From assembly GCA_965644315.1 (NCBI GenBank), contig CBFFRQ010000142.1, positions 1-35,798 on the forward strand: a DNA stretch of 35,798 bases, in the 5' to 3' direction. This document shows, piece after piece, positions 9,243-20,125 of the stretch. A model generated the notes under the pieces. It was not told the origin of the DNA. It ran no database searches and saw nothing but the letters and a program-made list of their open reading frames with translations. Made by a program: the position numbers and the translations under genes. Source of the DNA: Caecitellus pseudoparvulus. Taxonomy: Eukaryota; Protista; Bigyra: Bicosoecida. How positions within the stretch are numbered: position 1 is the stretch's first letter; every line of letters begins with the position of its first letter.

Positions 9243-11209
9243 TGTTTGCAAACCCCAAACCAGATCTGGACATTTCCTTCCGCATGTACATCTACTGCCT
9301 CATCCCCCGTCAAAGACAGCAGCTCACGCACTCTCGCAAGCTCCCCATCCTTGCACGCTGCAACAAACGCTGTGGTGTTCTCCTCGCTGAACTTCACTTG
9401 CTTGGCAGCAACCTCCGACTCTGTAGCCGGTACAGCCTCTGCGTCAGCTGTCTCCGCCTGACCTGCCGCAAGAGCTGCCTGTCCCCCATCAAGCACACCC
9501 CGCACCGCACTCTCCACACCTTCCAGATGATCCACTCCACCCCCACTTCCTTCACACGCCTTCGCATATGCACCCATGCAGCAACCACTCCCTCCCCGCG
9601 CCAACACCTCCAACGCGCCCGACAATGCATGTTCGCCACCTTCGCCGCTGCCGACGAAACTTGACACAGCGCCCGATCCGCCACCCATCGCACCACCGTC
9701 CACACCAAGCACCTCACGCAGCACACTCAACACACCACCACCCTCGTCGTCACGGCTGCCGCCATAAGATCGATCTTTCCCCCACACACCGCCACATGCA
9801 CTCAACACCACCTCACACTCACCCCCATCCAGTGCGCCCACCAGATCACTCACACTGCCACTCCCCACACCCACCACCACGAAGCTCCCCACACCAACAC
9901 CACTCAGACTCACTCCACACGCCTCAGCCACGGCACACACACCCAGCACCCTCACAGCCACACGCTGCTTCACCTCCAGCCCAACATCGCCCCACGCTTC
10001 ATCCTCCAGGAACACCCTCAGCGGCCACCCCGCCTCACACTGCACCTGCACCGTCACCATGCTCCTCTGGCCGAGTGGCTCATCAGCTCGACCCGCTGTA
10101 CAACTGTGAGCCAGTGCTGCTCTGCGTGGTGTCTGTGCCATCCGCGGCAGTCCATGGGCGATGCGAGCCGCTTCGCCACGCTTCACGGCCCCAACACTCG
10201 TGGCAAGTGCTGTCGCACCCGCCTCCACATTCGCTGTCCACTGCTCCACATCCACAGCTCCACCCACATCCTCATCCACGATCTCGCTCCGTCCACTGTA
10301 CACACTCACGTCATTGCCGTTCAGACACTCCAAGCCGCCCGACAAGTCCAACCCACCCACAGCCCTCACCTTCCGACCACTCATCACCGGCGCACACCCC
10401 AACAGCCCACGCAGCTCCTCCACCGCACTCGCTGCACACTCCAAGTGCTCCGCAGCACTCTCACTCGCCAGATCGCCTGCCGCCTCGCCTCGCAGCCACT
10501 CAGCTTGCTGACGCATGCCAGCCAGAGCCGCATCCACCGCTGCTTCGCCACCAGCATCATGTGTGACTGGGCCACCCTCACCAGCCACATCCACATCGGC
10601 CCTCTCGAAGCCTTGCCACCATCGCGTCAGATCAGCCAGCGCACCCTCCACGTTCACACCGGCCCGCACACTGCCCCAAGCACCCACAATGGCGCCCCAC
10701 AGTGCGTCGCCCTCCGGCACTGCATCCACATCCACACCAGACACCGCTGTATGAAGCACATCCACCGCGGTGAAGCACCGGAACGACAGGTACTGCAGCG
10801 CAGCACACACGCCACCTCGCTCACGCTGCCCCGCCAACAGCCCAGCCTGCTCCAACAGCGCACTCCCTGCATCACGCAGGGCCGCCTCCAGCTCCACCAG
10901 GCTCATGGCCGATGGGGTGTCACTTGCAGCCGGCGCTTCGCCACGCCCAATGGCTGCCAGTCCTCGCAGTGCTGGGCCGTGGTCCATGACGCTGCCCGGC
11001 AGGCACTTCATCTTGCGCAAGCATGCCGCCACCGCCTCAGCTTGCGTGCTGTCGATGCCTGCAGTGGGTGGTGCACTGCCCTCCATAGCTTGTCCTGTTG
11101 CTGCTGCCTGTGGCGTGGGGCACGGCGCTGTGTGCCGTGCAGTGTTGGCGACATGCTTTGTCGCAAGTGCTGGCGAAAGCGAGGTGCCATGCCCACACCC
11201 ACGCACCAT
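7761..11209 (-). CDS. Host ankyrin-repeat gene A, 5' part (N-terminal domains, cap repeat, 13 repeats); interrupted by Ngaro
   Basis: Open frame, paralogous to 13385-15622. Alternative start MEGSA at 11086. Confidence 0.88.
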
Positions 11210-11821
11210 GGCGATGGACGGCAGGGGGTCTAGTCAGGCGTAGCTGTGCTGTAAAGCCGACTCCTGCGGGGTGATGGCAGTGGGCAGTTGCATTGGTGTG
11301 GCGGGGAGGCGCTGTCGCAGCTGACGTGTGCGAGGGAGCAACTTCCGCACTTGCACCAGTGCACGCTCACCTGTGGCGGCCAAGACTGGAGACAAGGCAG
11401 AAGACACGCTGATGTCCGGATGCCCAATGAACCCACAAGTAAGAGTGGGAAATGGATGAGGAGCAATTTGGTGCAAGACATGGGAAGGGTGCCCCGCTCC
11501 GCTCGATGCGGTGCCCATCATCTCAGCAAGAAAGGTGCGGAACAAGCTATCTGGACATCCGCAAGATCCCCGTTCGAGTGCTGACGGGAGCTGCGTCAAG
11601 GCGCGGAGTGCGATAGAGGGGGTCGACTCGTGCGCTCCGAGCAGCGCTGTCCATACACTGCACTGGGCGGGGCAAAACCGCCCGCTCTGCTGTGCCCGCA
11701 CTTTTGCGTGTAAGGGTTGCGGCCTTGTCGTGTCTGGCAGTGTGACTCCGTCACACTTCCTTGCCCACACGATATTCATTGGCGTGGTGGCGACTGCTCT
11801 CTCATACGCCACAACAAAGCC

Positions 11822-12282
11822 ATGGCGCTGTCCAGCGCCTCCATGGGGGCACCCGTCTTCCAGCTGGTGCCCCTTGCAGGTGGTACACTGGCTGTTTCAG
11901 GCGGTGGCAGCTCCAAGACTGGCATTGAGAATGCTCTGGTGCGCAGGCGGGCATTCGACGGCTGCGAGTGGCGTGCAAATTCCGCAACCGCCGCTGCTGT
12001 GCTCCACAGACCATGGTGCACGTGGAGAACACCGGCGCCAACAAAGTGGAGCTGGCGAAAGGCACTGCCTTCCTCTCGGGCAGCACCTTCATCACGCACG
12101 TGGCAGTGTCGGAGGACGTGCGTGCCGGCGCAGCCGACGTGGCAACCACTTTTACACCTACCTCGGCGACTTTCGCAGGGTAAGCGCGTGGCAGGGGCGG
12201 CTGGAGACAGCATCGTCGTGTTCAACCGCGACGGCGAGAGTGGCAGGTACGGGAGCCGGCAGCCAGGTGGCTGGGCGCCGCC
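11822..12282 (+). pseudogene. Unidentified coding-like fragment (MALSSASMGAPVFQLV.../MVHVENTGANKVEL...); copy at 16232-16695
   Basis: Protein-like segments in different frames, ATG in gccATGg context, possible GC-AG intron near 11964-12009. Confidence 0.3.
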
Positions 12283-13200
12283 CTGAACACCGTGGCAGTG
12301 GTGAGCGTGGGGAGCTGCCCCCTGCCGCCTGGCGTGGCGGCGTGGCTGGCTGGGGATGAGCGCCTGTTCGCCCTGGCCCGGGCAGCCTGTGTGCAGCTGG
12401 TGGACGGAGCGCTGAGCAGGGAGCAGGGCACGGCTCTGGCGCCGGTGCTGCTGTTCACGGTGGTGGGGGTGTACGCCACAACGCCGCCCAGCTCCCGCAA
12501 CACCATCCCGCCCCACCTCGCCCAGCGCACTGCTCGCTTGGCCGGCAAGTGCACCCTGCTCGTGGGTGGCGTGGAGGTGGTAGGCGGCAAGGCGGTGCAG
12601 CGTGACAGCCCGCCCTCCACACACACCGCCCACAACGACGGAGTTGCGCGGGACCCGCTGTTCTGGCTGCTGCAGCGCCTCAGCAACACGGCAGTGCAGC
12701 AGGGCGGGCCGGCGGCCACCACGGGCCTGAACGTGTTCGGGGCCATGGCTGGGCAGGTGCCACAGGCGGACCTGCAGCGCTACGTGGTGCCAGTGGCGCG
12801 GACAGTGTTCCGCACTGTGCAGGCGGCAGAGCACGTGGCCAGCGACCCCCGCCTGGCCGACGCGCCATCCTGGTCAGAGCAAGCTCAGCAGGCGGCCGCT
12901 GCAGCGGAGGCAGGTGGCTTGGCATCGGAGGTCATGGAGGCGGTGCAGGCTGCCATGGGCGCAGATGTGTTCCTGACGGCGTACAACGGCGAGCGGCGAG
13001 TCAGGGCAGCGGCGAAGGAGCGGCGGGCGAAGCAGGTGGTGCAGTAGGCGGTGGTGAACCCGGCAGCAGCTGCCGCACGCCCGAGTCGGAAGTCACAGGC
13101 GAAGAATCGCCACGTGGCGATGCGCATGGACATGGTGAAGGTGCTGCGGAGGCGGTGGTGGGAAGGGCAAGAAGCGTGCGAGGGAGGCGCCAGAGGGGTT
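12283..13200 (+). pseudogene. UTP20: UTP20-like C-terminal fragment, unit 2; premature TAG at 13045
   Basis: AACVQL..LSREQG..VLLF, LFWLLQRLS, NVFGAMA..LQRYVVPVARTVFR, LASEVMEAVQ..FLTAYN, AVVNP. TAG here where the sister copies have GAG. Confidence 0.65.
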
Positions 13201-13384
13201 GATGTGTGGAGGGGAGTGCAATGCAGGTGTGGGAGCGGGGGGGCGTTGAAGTGGTGGTGAGGTGTGCTGTGTGGTGTGTGGAGGAGGGACGTGTATGCTG
13301 GTATGGAGGTGTGGCGGGTGTGCTGGCCTGATGTGGGGACCAGGTTTGCCACATGGTGCATTAGTCTGTGCTTGGGGCCTGGGG

Positions 13385-15622
13385 CTAAATCAAGTCTTTC
13401 AGGCTCGAAAACTTAGCTGCTTGCTGCCGCACAGTGTCTGGGATTCTGCGAACGTCAATCAGGCCCAACAGCTCACGCACGATGTCTGTGTGGCCCCAGC
13501 GGCATGCTCCTCGGAAGCCAGCCTCAGGTCCATCCTCATCCGCCGCATGCACATCCACCTCCCGCGCCCCAGTCAGGCCCAGCAGCTCACGCACGATGTC
13601 TGTGCGGCCCCTGGCGCATGCCACTCGGAAAGCGGCCTCAGGGCCCTGTTTGTGAAACCTAGGCCTCACCTCAACTCTTCCTTCCACATGCACATCCACT
13701 GCCTCATCCCCCGTCAATGCAAGCAGCTCACGCACTCTCGCAAGCTCCCCATCCTCGCACGCTGCTACAAACGCTGTGGTGTTCTCCTCGCTGAACTTCA
13801 CTTGCTCGGCAGCAACCTCCGACTCTGTAGCCGGTACAGCCTCTGCGTCAGCTGTCTCCGCCTGCCCTGCCGCATCAGCTGCATGCTCCTCATCGAGCAC
13901 ACCCCGCACAGCACTTTCCACACCTGACAGGCGCCCCACTCCACCCCCACTTCCCTCACATGCCATCGCATATGCACCCATGCAGCAACCACTCCCTCCC
14001 CTCCCCAACACCTCCAACGCGCTCGTCAGTTCAAGCTTTACACCTTCACCACTGCCCACGAAAAGTGACCCAACGCCCGGTCCGCCACCCAACGCACTAC
14101 CTCCTACACCAAGCACCTCACGCAGCACACTCAACACACCACCACCCTCATCGTCACCGCTGCCGCCATCAGAGCCACCTGTGCCCCTCACACCGCCACA
14201 CGCAGTCAGCACCACCTCACACCCGCCCCTATTCAGCGCCCCCACCAGATCACCCACACTGCCACTCCCCACACCCACCACCACGAAGCTCCCCACACAC
14301 ACGCCACTCACATCCACCCCACATGCCTCCGCCACCGCACACACACCCAGCACCCTCACAGCCACGCGCTGCTTCACATCCTGCCCAACATCGCCCCACG
14401 CTTCATCCTCCAGGAACGCCCTCAGCGGCCACCCCGCCTCACACTGCACCTGCACTGTGACACTGCTCCTCTCGCCAACCGGCTCATCAGCTCTGCCAGC
14501 TGAAGTACTGTGTGCTAGTGCTGCTCTGCGTGGTGTCTGTGCCATCCGAGGCAGGCCATGCGCGATGCGAGTCGCTTCGCCACGCTTCACGGCGCCAACA
14601 CTCGTGGCAAGCGCCCTCGCACCCGCCTCCACACTCCCTGCCCACTGCCCCACATCCACAGCTCCACCCACATCTTCATCCACGATCTCAACCCGTCCAC
14701 TGTACACACTCACATCCTTGCCGTTCAGGCACTCCAAGCCGCCCGACAAGTCCAACCCACCCACAGCCTTCACCTTCCGACCACTCATCACCGGCGCACA
14801 CCCCAGCAGCTCACGCAGCTCCTCCACTGCACTCGCAGCACTCTCCAAGTGCTCCGCAGCACTCTCACTCCTCAGCTCGCCTGCCGCCTCGCCTCGCAGC
14901 CAACCAGCCTGCTGCCGCATGCCAGCCAGAGCCGCATCCGCCGCTGCCTCGCCACCGGCATCATGTGTGACTGGGCCGCCCTCACCAGCTTCATCTACAT
15001 CTGCCCCCTCGAAGCCCTGCCACCATCGCGTCAGGTCAGCCAGCGCACCCTCCACGTTCACACCGGCCCGCACACTGCCCCAAGCACCCACAATGGCGCC
15101 CCACAGTGCATCAACCCCCGGCACTGCATCGGCACTCAAACCAGATGCCGCCTGATGAAGCACATCCACCGCGGTAAAACACCGGAACGACAGGTACTGC
15201 AGCGCAGCACACACACCACCTCGCTCACGCTGCCCCGCCAACAGCCCAGCCTGCTCCAGCAGCGCACTCCCCGCATCACGCAGTGTAGCTTCCAGCTCCA
15301 CCAGGCTCATGGCCGATGGGGTGTCATGACCTGCAGCAGGCGCTTCGCCACGCCCAATGGCTGCCAGTCCTCGCAGTGCTGGGCCGTGGGCCATGACGCT
15401 GCCCGGCAAGCACTTCATCTTGCGCAAGCATGCCGCCACAACCTCAGCCTGTGCGTCGTCGATGCCTGCAGTGGGCGCTGCACTGCCCTCCATGGCTTGT
15501 CCTGTTGTTGCTGCCTGTGGCGTAGGGGAGGGACAGGGCGCACTGTGCCGTGGTGTGTGTGGGACACGCTTTGTCGCAAGTGCTGGCGAAAGCGAGGCGC
15601 CATGCCCACATCCACGCACCAT
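13385..15622 (-). CDS. Host ankyrin-repeat gene B (intact, 745 aa, cap + 2 repeats)
   Basis: Uninterrupted intronless ORF, colinear with gene A. Alternative start at 15493. Confidence 0.88.
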   Translation of the reverse strand: MVRGCGHGASLSPALATKRVPHTPRHSAPCPSPTPQAATTGQAMEGSAAPTAGIDDAQAEVVAACLRKMKCLPGSVMAHGPALRGLAAIGRGEAPAAGHDTPSAMSLVELEATLRDAGSALLEQAGLLAGQRERGGVCAALQYLSFRCFTAVDVLHQAASGLSADAVPGVDALWGAIVGAWGSVRAGVNVEGALADLTRWWQGFEGADVDEAGEGGPVTHDAGGEAAADAALAGMRQQAGWLRGEAAGELRSESAAEHLESAASAVEELRELLGCAPVMSGRKVKAVGGLDLSGGLECLNGKDVSVYSGRVEIVDEDVGGAVDVGQWAGSVEAGARALATSVGAVKRGEATRIAHGLPRMAQTPRRAALAHSTSAGRADEPVGERSSVTVQVQCEAGWPLRAFLEDEAWGDVGQDVKQRVAVRVLGVCAVAEACGVDVSGVCVGSFVVVGVGSGSVGDLVGALNRGGCEVVLTACGGVRGTGGSDGGSGDDEGGGVLSVLREVLGVGGSALGGGPGVGSLFVGSGEGVKLELTSALEVLGRGGSGCCMGAYAMACEGSGGGVGRLSGVESAVRGVLDEEHAADAAGQAETADAEAVPATESEVAAEQVKFSEENTTAFVAACEDGELARVRELLALTGDEAVDVHVEGRVEVRPRFHKQGPEAAFRVACARGRTDIVRELLGLTGAREVDVHAADEDGPEAGFRGACRWGHTDIVRELLGLIDVRRIPDTVRQQAAKFSSLKDLI

Positions 15623-16695
15623 GGCAATGGATGGCAGGGGGTCTAGTCAGGCGTAGCTGTGCTGTAAAGCCGACTCCTGCGGGGTGATGGCAGTGGACGC
15701 GTGTGTTGGTGCTGTGGGAAGGCGCTGTCGCAGCTGACGTGCGAGGGTGCAACTTCCGCACTTGCACCAGTGCACGCTCACCTGTGGCGGCCAGAAGTGG
15801 AGACAAGGCACAATGCACGCTGATGTGCAAATGTCCCGTGGCATCACAGGTGTTTGGGATATAAAAGAGGTGCATTTCGGTGGCAGGCATCTCAAAATGT
15901 GTGCAGGTCCGCTCGATACGGTGCGCATCATCTCAGCAAGAAAGGTGCGGAACTAGCTATCTGGACATCCGCAAGATCCCCGTTCGAGTGCTGACGGGAG
16001 CTGCGCCAAGGCGCGGAGTGCGATAGAGGGGGTCGACTCGTGCGCTCCGAGAAGCGCTGTCCGTGCACGGCACTGGGCAGGGCAAAACCGCCCGCTTTGC
16101 TGTGCCCGCACTTTTGCGTGTAAGGGTTGCGGCCTTGTCGTGTCTGGCAGTGTGGCTCCGTCACCCTTCCTTGCCCACACGATATTCATTGGCGTGGTGG
16201 CGATTGCTCTGCCCCAAGCCACAACAAAGCCATGGCGCTGTCCAGCGCCTCCATGGGGGCACCCGTCTTCCAGCTGGTGCCCCTCGCAGGTGGTACTCTG
16301 GCTGTTTCAGGTGGTGGCAGCTCCAAGACTGGCATTGAGAATGCCCTGGTGCGCAGGCGGGCATTCGACGGCTGCGAGTGGCGTGCAAATTCCGCAACCG
16401 CCGCTGCTGTGCTCCCCAGACCATGGTGCACGTGGAGAACACCGGCGCCAACAAAGTGGAGCTGGCGAAAGGCACTGCCTTCCTCTCGGGCAGCACCTTC
16501 ATCACGCACGTGGCAGTGTCGGAGGACGTGCGTGCCAGCGCAGCCGACGTGGCAACCACTTTTGCACCTTCCTCGGCGACTTTCGCAGGGCAAGCGTGTG
16601 GCAGGGGCGGCTGGAGACAGCATCGTCGTGTTCAACCGCGACGGCGAGAGTGGCAGGTACGGGAGCCGGCGGCAGCCAGGTGGTTGGGCGCCGTC

Positions 16696-17600
16696 CTGAA
16701 CACTGTGGCAGTGGCGAGCGTGGGGAGCTGCCCCCCACCACCTGGCGTGGCGGCGTGGCTGGCTGGGTATGAGCGCCTGTTCGCCCTGGCCCGGGCAGCC
16801 TGTGTGCAGCTGGCGGACAGGACGCTGAGCAGGGAGCAGGGCACGGCTCTGGCGCCGGTGCGGCTGTTCACGGCGGTGGGGCTGTACGCCACGACGCTGC
16901 CCAGCTCCCGCAACACCAACCCGCCCCACCTCGCCGAGCGCAGTGCTCGCTTGGCCGGCAAGTGCACCCTGCTCGTGGGTGGCATGGAGGTGGTGGGCGG
17001 CAAGGCGGTGCAGCGTGACAGCCCGCCCTCCACACACACCGCCCATGACGACGGCGGTGGTGCGCGTGACCCGCTGTTCTGGCTGCTGCAGCGCCCCAGC
17101 AACACGGCAGTGCAGCAGGGCGGGCCGGCGGCCCCCACGGGCCTGAACGTGTTCGGGGCCATGGCTGATCAGGTGCCGCAGGCGGACCTGCAGCAGTACG
17201 TGGTGCCGGTGGCACGGGCAGTGTTCCGCACTGTGCAGGCGGCAGAGCACGTGGCCAGCGACCCCCGCCTGGCCGACGCGCCATCCTGGTCAGAGGAAGG
17301 CACAGCAGGCGGCCACTGCAGCAGAGGCAGGTCCCTTGGCGTGGGAGGTCATGGAGGTGGTGCAGGCTGCCATGGGTGCAGATGCGTTCCTGACGGCGTA
17401 CAACGGCGAGCGGCGAGTCAGGGCAGCGGCGAAGGAGCGGCGGGCGAAGCAGGTGGCGCAGGAGGCGGTGATGAACCCGGCAGCAGCTGCCGCACGCCGC
17501 AGTCGGAAGGCACAGGCGAAGAAGCGCCATGTGGCGAAGCGCATGGACAAGCTGAAGGTGCTGCGAGGCGGTGGTGGGAAGGGCTGGAAGCGGGTATGGG
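16696..17600 (+). pseudogene. UTP20: UTP20-like C-terminal fragment, unit 3; frameshift near 17298
   Basis: Same motifs, split between ORFs 16378-17634 and 17336-17797. Confidence 0.65.
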
Positions 17601-17806
17601 AGGCGTTGGTGCGGTGCGGAGGGGAGTACAGTGAAGGTGAGGGGGGGGGGGGGTGCGTGGGAATGGTGATGAGGTGTGATGCGGTGTGGTGTGTGCGGTG
17701 GGTTGTGGTGCGGTATGGGCAGAGGTGGAGGTGGGGCAGGTGTGCTGGTCTGAGGTGCGTGTCAGGTTTGCCACATGGTGCATTAGTCTGTGCTTGAAGC
17801 TTGGGA

Positions 17807-19945
17807 TCAAATCAACTCCTTCAAGCTCTCAAACTTGGCGGCTTGCTGTCTCACGCTGTCCGGGATTCTGCGATGCCCAGTGAGGCCCAGCAGCTCACGC
17901 ACGACATCTGTGTGGCCATTGACGCATGCCCATCGGAAGCCAGCCTCAGGTTCACCCCGATCCGCCGCATGCACATCCACCTCCCGCGCCCCAGTGAGAG
18001 CCAGCAGCTCACGCACGATGTCTGTGTGGCCACGCTCGCATGCCCATCGGAAGGCGGCCTCAGCTCTACCCCGATCCGCCGCATGCACATCCACCTCCCG
18101 CGCCCCAGTCAGGCCCAGCAGCTCACGCACGATGTCTGTGCGGCCCCTGGCGCATGCCCATCGGAAGCCAGCCTCAGGCCCATCCCCATCCGCCGCATGC
18201 ACATCCACCTCCCGCGCCCCATTCAGGCCCAGCAGCTCACGCACGATGTCTGTGCGGCCATTGGCGCATGCCCATCGGAAGCCAGCCTCAGGCCCATACC
18301 TATCCGCCGCATGCACATCCACCTCCCGTGCGCCGCTCAGGCCCAGCAGCTCACGCACGATGTCTGTGCGGCCCCTGGCGCATGCCACTCGGAAAGCGGC
18401 CTCAGGGCCTTCTCTATAGAATCTAGGCCTCACCTCAACATTTCCTTCCACATGCACATCCACTGCCTCATCCCCCGTCAATGCCAGCAACTCGCGCACT
18501 CTCGCAAGCTCCCCATCCTTGCACGCTTCCACAAACGCTGTGGTGTTCTCCTCGCTGAACTTCACTTGCTCGGCAGCAACCTCCGACTCTGTAGCCGGTA
18601 CAGCCTCTGCGTCAGCTGTCTCCGCTTGACCTGCCGCACCAGCTGCCTGCTCACCATCAAGCACACCCCGCACCGCACTTTCCACACCTTCCAGACGCCC
18701 CACTCTACCCCCGCTTCCCTCACACGCCATCGCATATGCACCCATGCAGCAACCACTCCCTCCTCGCCCCAACACCTCCAGCGCGCCCGACAGTGCACGC
18801 TCATCACCTTCACCACTGCTCACAAAGCTTGACCCAACGCCCGAATCGCCACCCAACGCATCACCTCCCACACCAAGCACCTCATGCAGCACATTCAGCA
18901 CACAACCACCCTCACAGCTGCCACCATCTGCGCCACCTGTACCCCACACACTGCCACATGCACTCAACACCACCTCACACCCACCCCCATCCAGTGCGCC
19001 CACCAGATCACCCACACTGCCACTCCCCACACCCACCACAACGAAGCTCCCCACACCCACACCAGCCAGACTCACTCCACATGCCTCCGCCACAGCACAC
19101 ACACCCAGCACCCTCACAGCCACGCGCTGCTTCACCTCCAGTCCAACATCGCCCCACCCTTCATCCTCCAGGAACACTCTTAACGGCCACCCCGCCTCAC
19201 ACTGCACCTGCACCGTCACCATGCTCCTCTGACCGAGTGGCTCATCAGCTCGGCCAGCTGAAGTACTGTGTGCCAGTGCTGCTCTGCGTGGAGTCTGTGC
19301 CATCCGCGGCAGTCCATGGGCGATGCGAGCCGCTTCGCCACGCTTCACAGCGCCAACACTCGTGGCAAGGGCTGTTGCACCCGCCTCCACACTCCCTGCC
19401 CACTGCTCTACATCCCCAGCTCCACCCACATCCTCATCCACGATCTCAACCCGTCCACTGTACACACTCACATCCTTGCCATTCAGGCACTCCAAGCCGC
19501 CCGACAAGTCCAGCCCACCTACAGCCCTCACCTTCCGGCCACTCATCACCGGCGCACACCCCAACAGCCCACGCAGCTCCTCCACCGCACTCGCTGCACA
19601 CTCCAAGTGCTCCACAGCACTCTCACTCCTCAGCTCGCCTGCCGCCTCGCCTCGCAACCACTCAGCCTGCTGACGCATGCCAGCCAGAGCCGCATCCGCC
19701 GCTGCCTCGCCACCAGCATCATGTGTGACGGGGTCACCCTCACCAGCCACATCCACATCCACCCCCTCAAAGCCTTGCCACCATCGCGTCAGATCAGCCA
19801 GCGCACCCTCCACATTCACACCGGCCCGCACACTGCCCCAAGCACCCACAATGGCGCCCCACAGTGCGTCGCCCTCCGGCACTGCATCGGCACCCACACC
19901 AGACACCGCCTGATGCAGCACATCCACCGCGGTGAAGCACCGGAA
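17807..19945 (-). CDS. Host ankyrin-repeat gene C, 3' part (cap + 5 repeats); interrupted by the Ngaro concatemer, 5' part outside window
   Basis: Homology to genes A and B stops at FRCFTAVD, exactly at the Ngaro junction. Confidence 0.85.
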   Translation of the reverse strand, partial: FRCFTAVDVLHQAVSGVGADAVPEGDALWGAIVGAWGSVRAGVNVEGALADLTRWWQGFEGVDVDVAGEGDPVTHDAGGEAAADAALAGMRQQAEWLRGEAAGELRSESAVEHLECAASAVEELRGLLGCAPVMSGRKVRAVGGLDLSGGLECLNGKDVSVYSGRVEIVDEDVGGAGDVEQWAGSVEAGATALATSVGAVKRGEAARIAHGLPRMAQTPRRAALAHSTSAGRADEPLGQRSMVTVQVQCEAGWPLRVFLEDEGWGDVGLEVKQRVAVRVLGVCAVAEACGVSLAGVGVGSFVVVGVGSGSVGDLVGALDGGGCEVVLSACGSVWGTGGADGGSCEGGCVLNVLHEVLGVGGDALGGDSGVGSSFVSSGEGDERALSGALEVLGRGGSGCCMGAYAMACEGSGGRVGRLEGVESAVRGVLDGEQAAGAAGQAETADAEAVPATESEVAAEQVKFSEENTTAFVEACKDGELARVRELLALTGDEAVDVHVEGNVEVRPRFYREGPEAAFRVACARGRTDIVRELLGLSGAREVDVHAADRYGPEAGFRWACANGRTDIVRELLGLNGAREVDVHAADGDGPEAGFRWACARGRTDIVRELLGLTGAREVDVHAADRGRAEAAFRWACERGHTDIVRELLALTGAREVDVHAADRGEPEAGFRWACVNGHTDVVRELLGLTGHRRIPDSVRQQAAKFESLKELI

Positions 19946-20125
19946 CCGAGGTTGCCGGCACCCCAGCCGGCAACCATGTTTCCCGGCAGGAGGGGCGGCG
20001 GGCAGTCCCACGCTAGTGGCACAATTGTCCCCCGCCGCCCCAACGCAGAGTAGACGACGGCAGGACCGGGCATGACAAAACCAGTCATTAGCCGGCCTCG
20101 TCACTCTCTTTCCTTTTTTTTCGAG

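Larger units (their letters stand above)
1..19945. repeat. Tandem segmental duplication, three units of ~4.2 kb plus variable ankyrin array
   Basis: 1-600, 12851-13445 and 17268-17870 are homologous; so are 9243-13385 and 13645-17807. Confidence 0.9.

Noticed and set aside
653-9664. Long plus-strand ORFs over the ankyrin arrays (e.g. 660-2072, 7730-9664)
   Set aside because: These are shadow frames of a stop-poor GC-rich repeat, with low-complexity translations.
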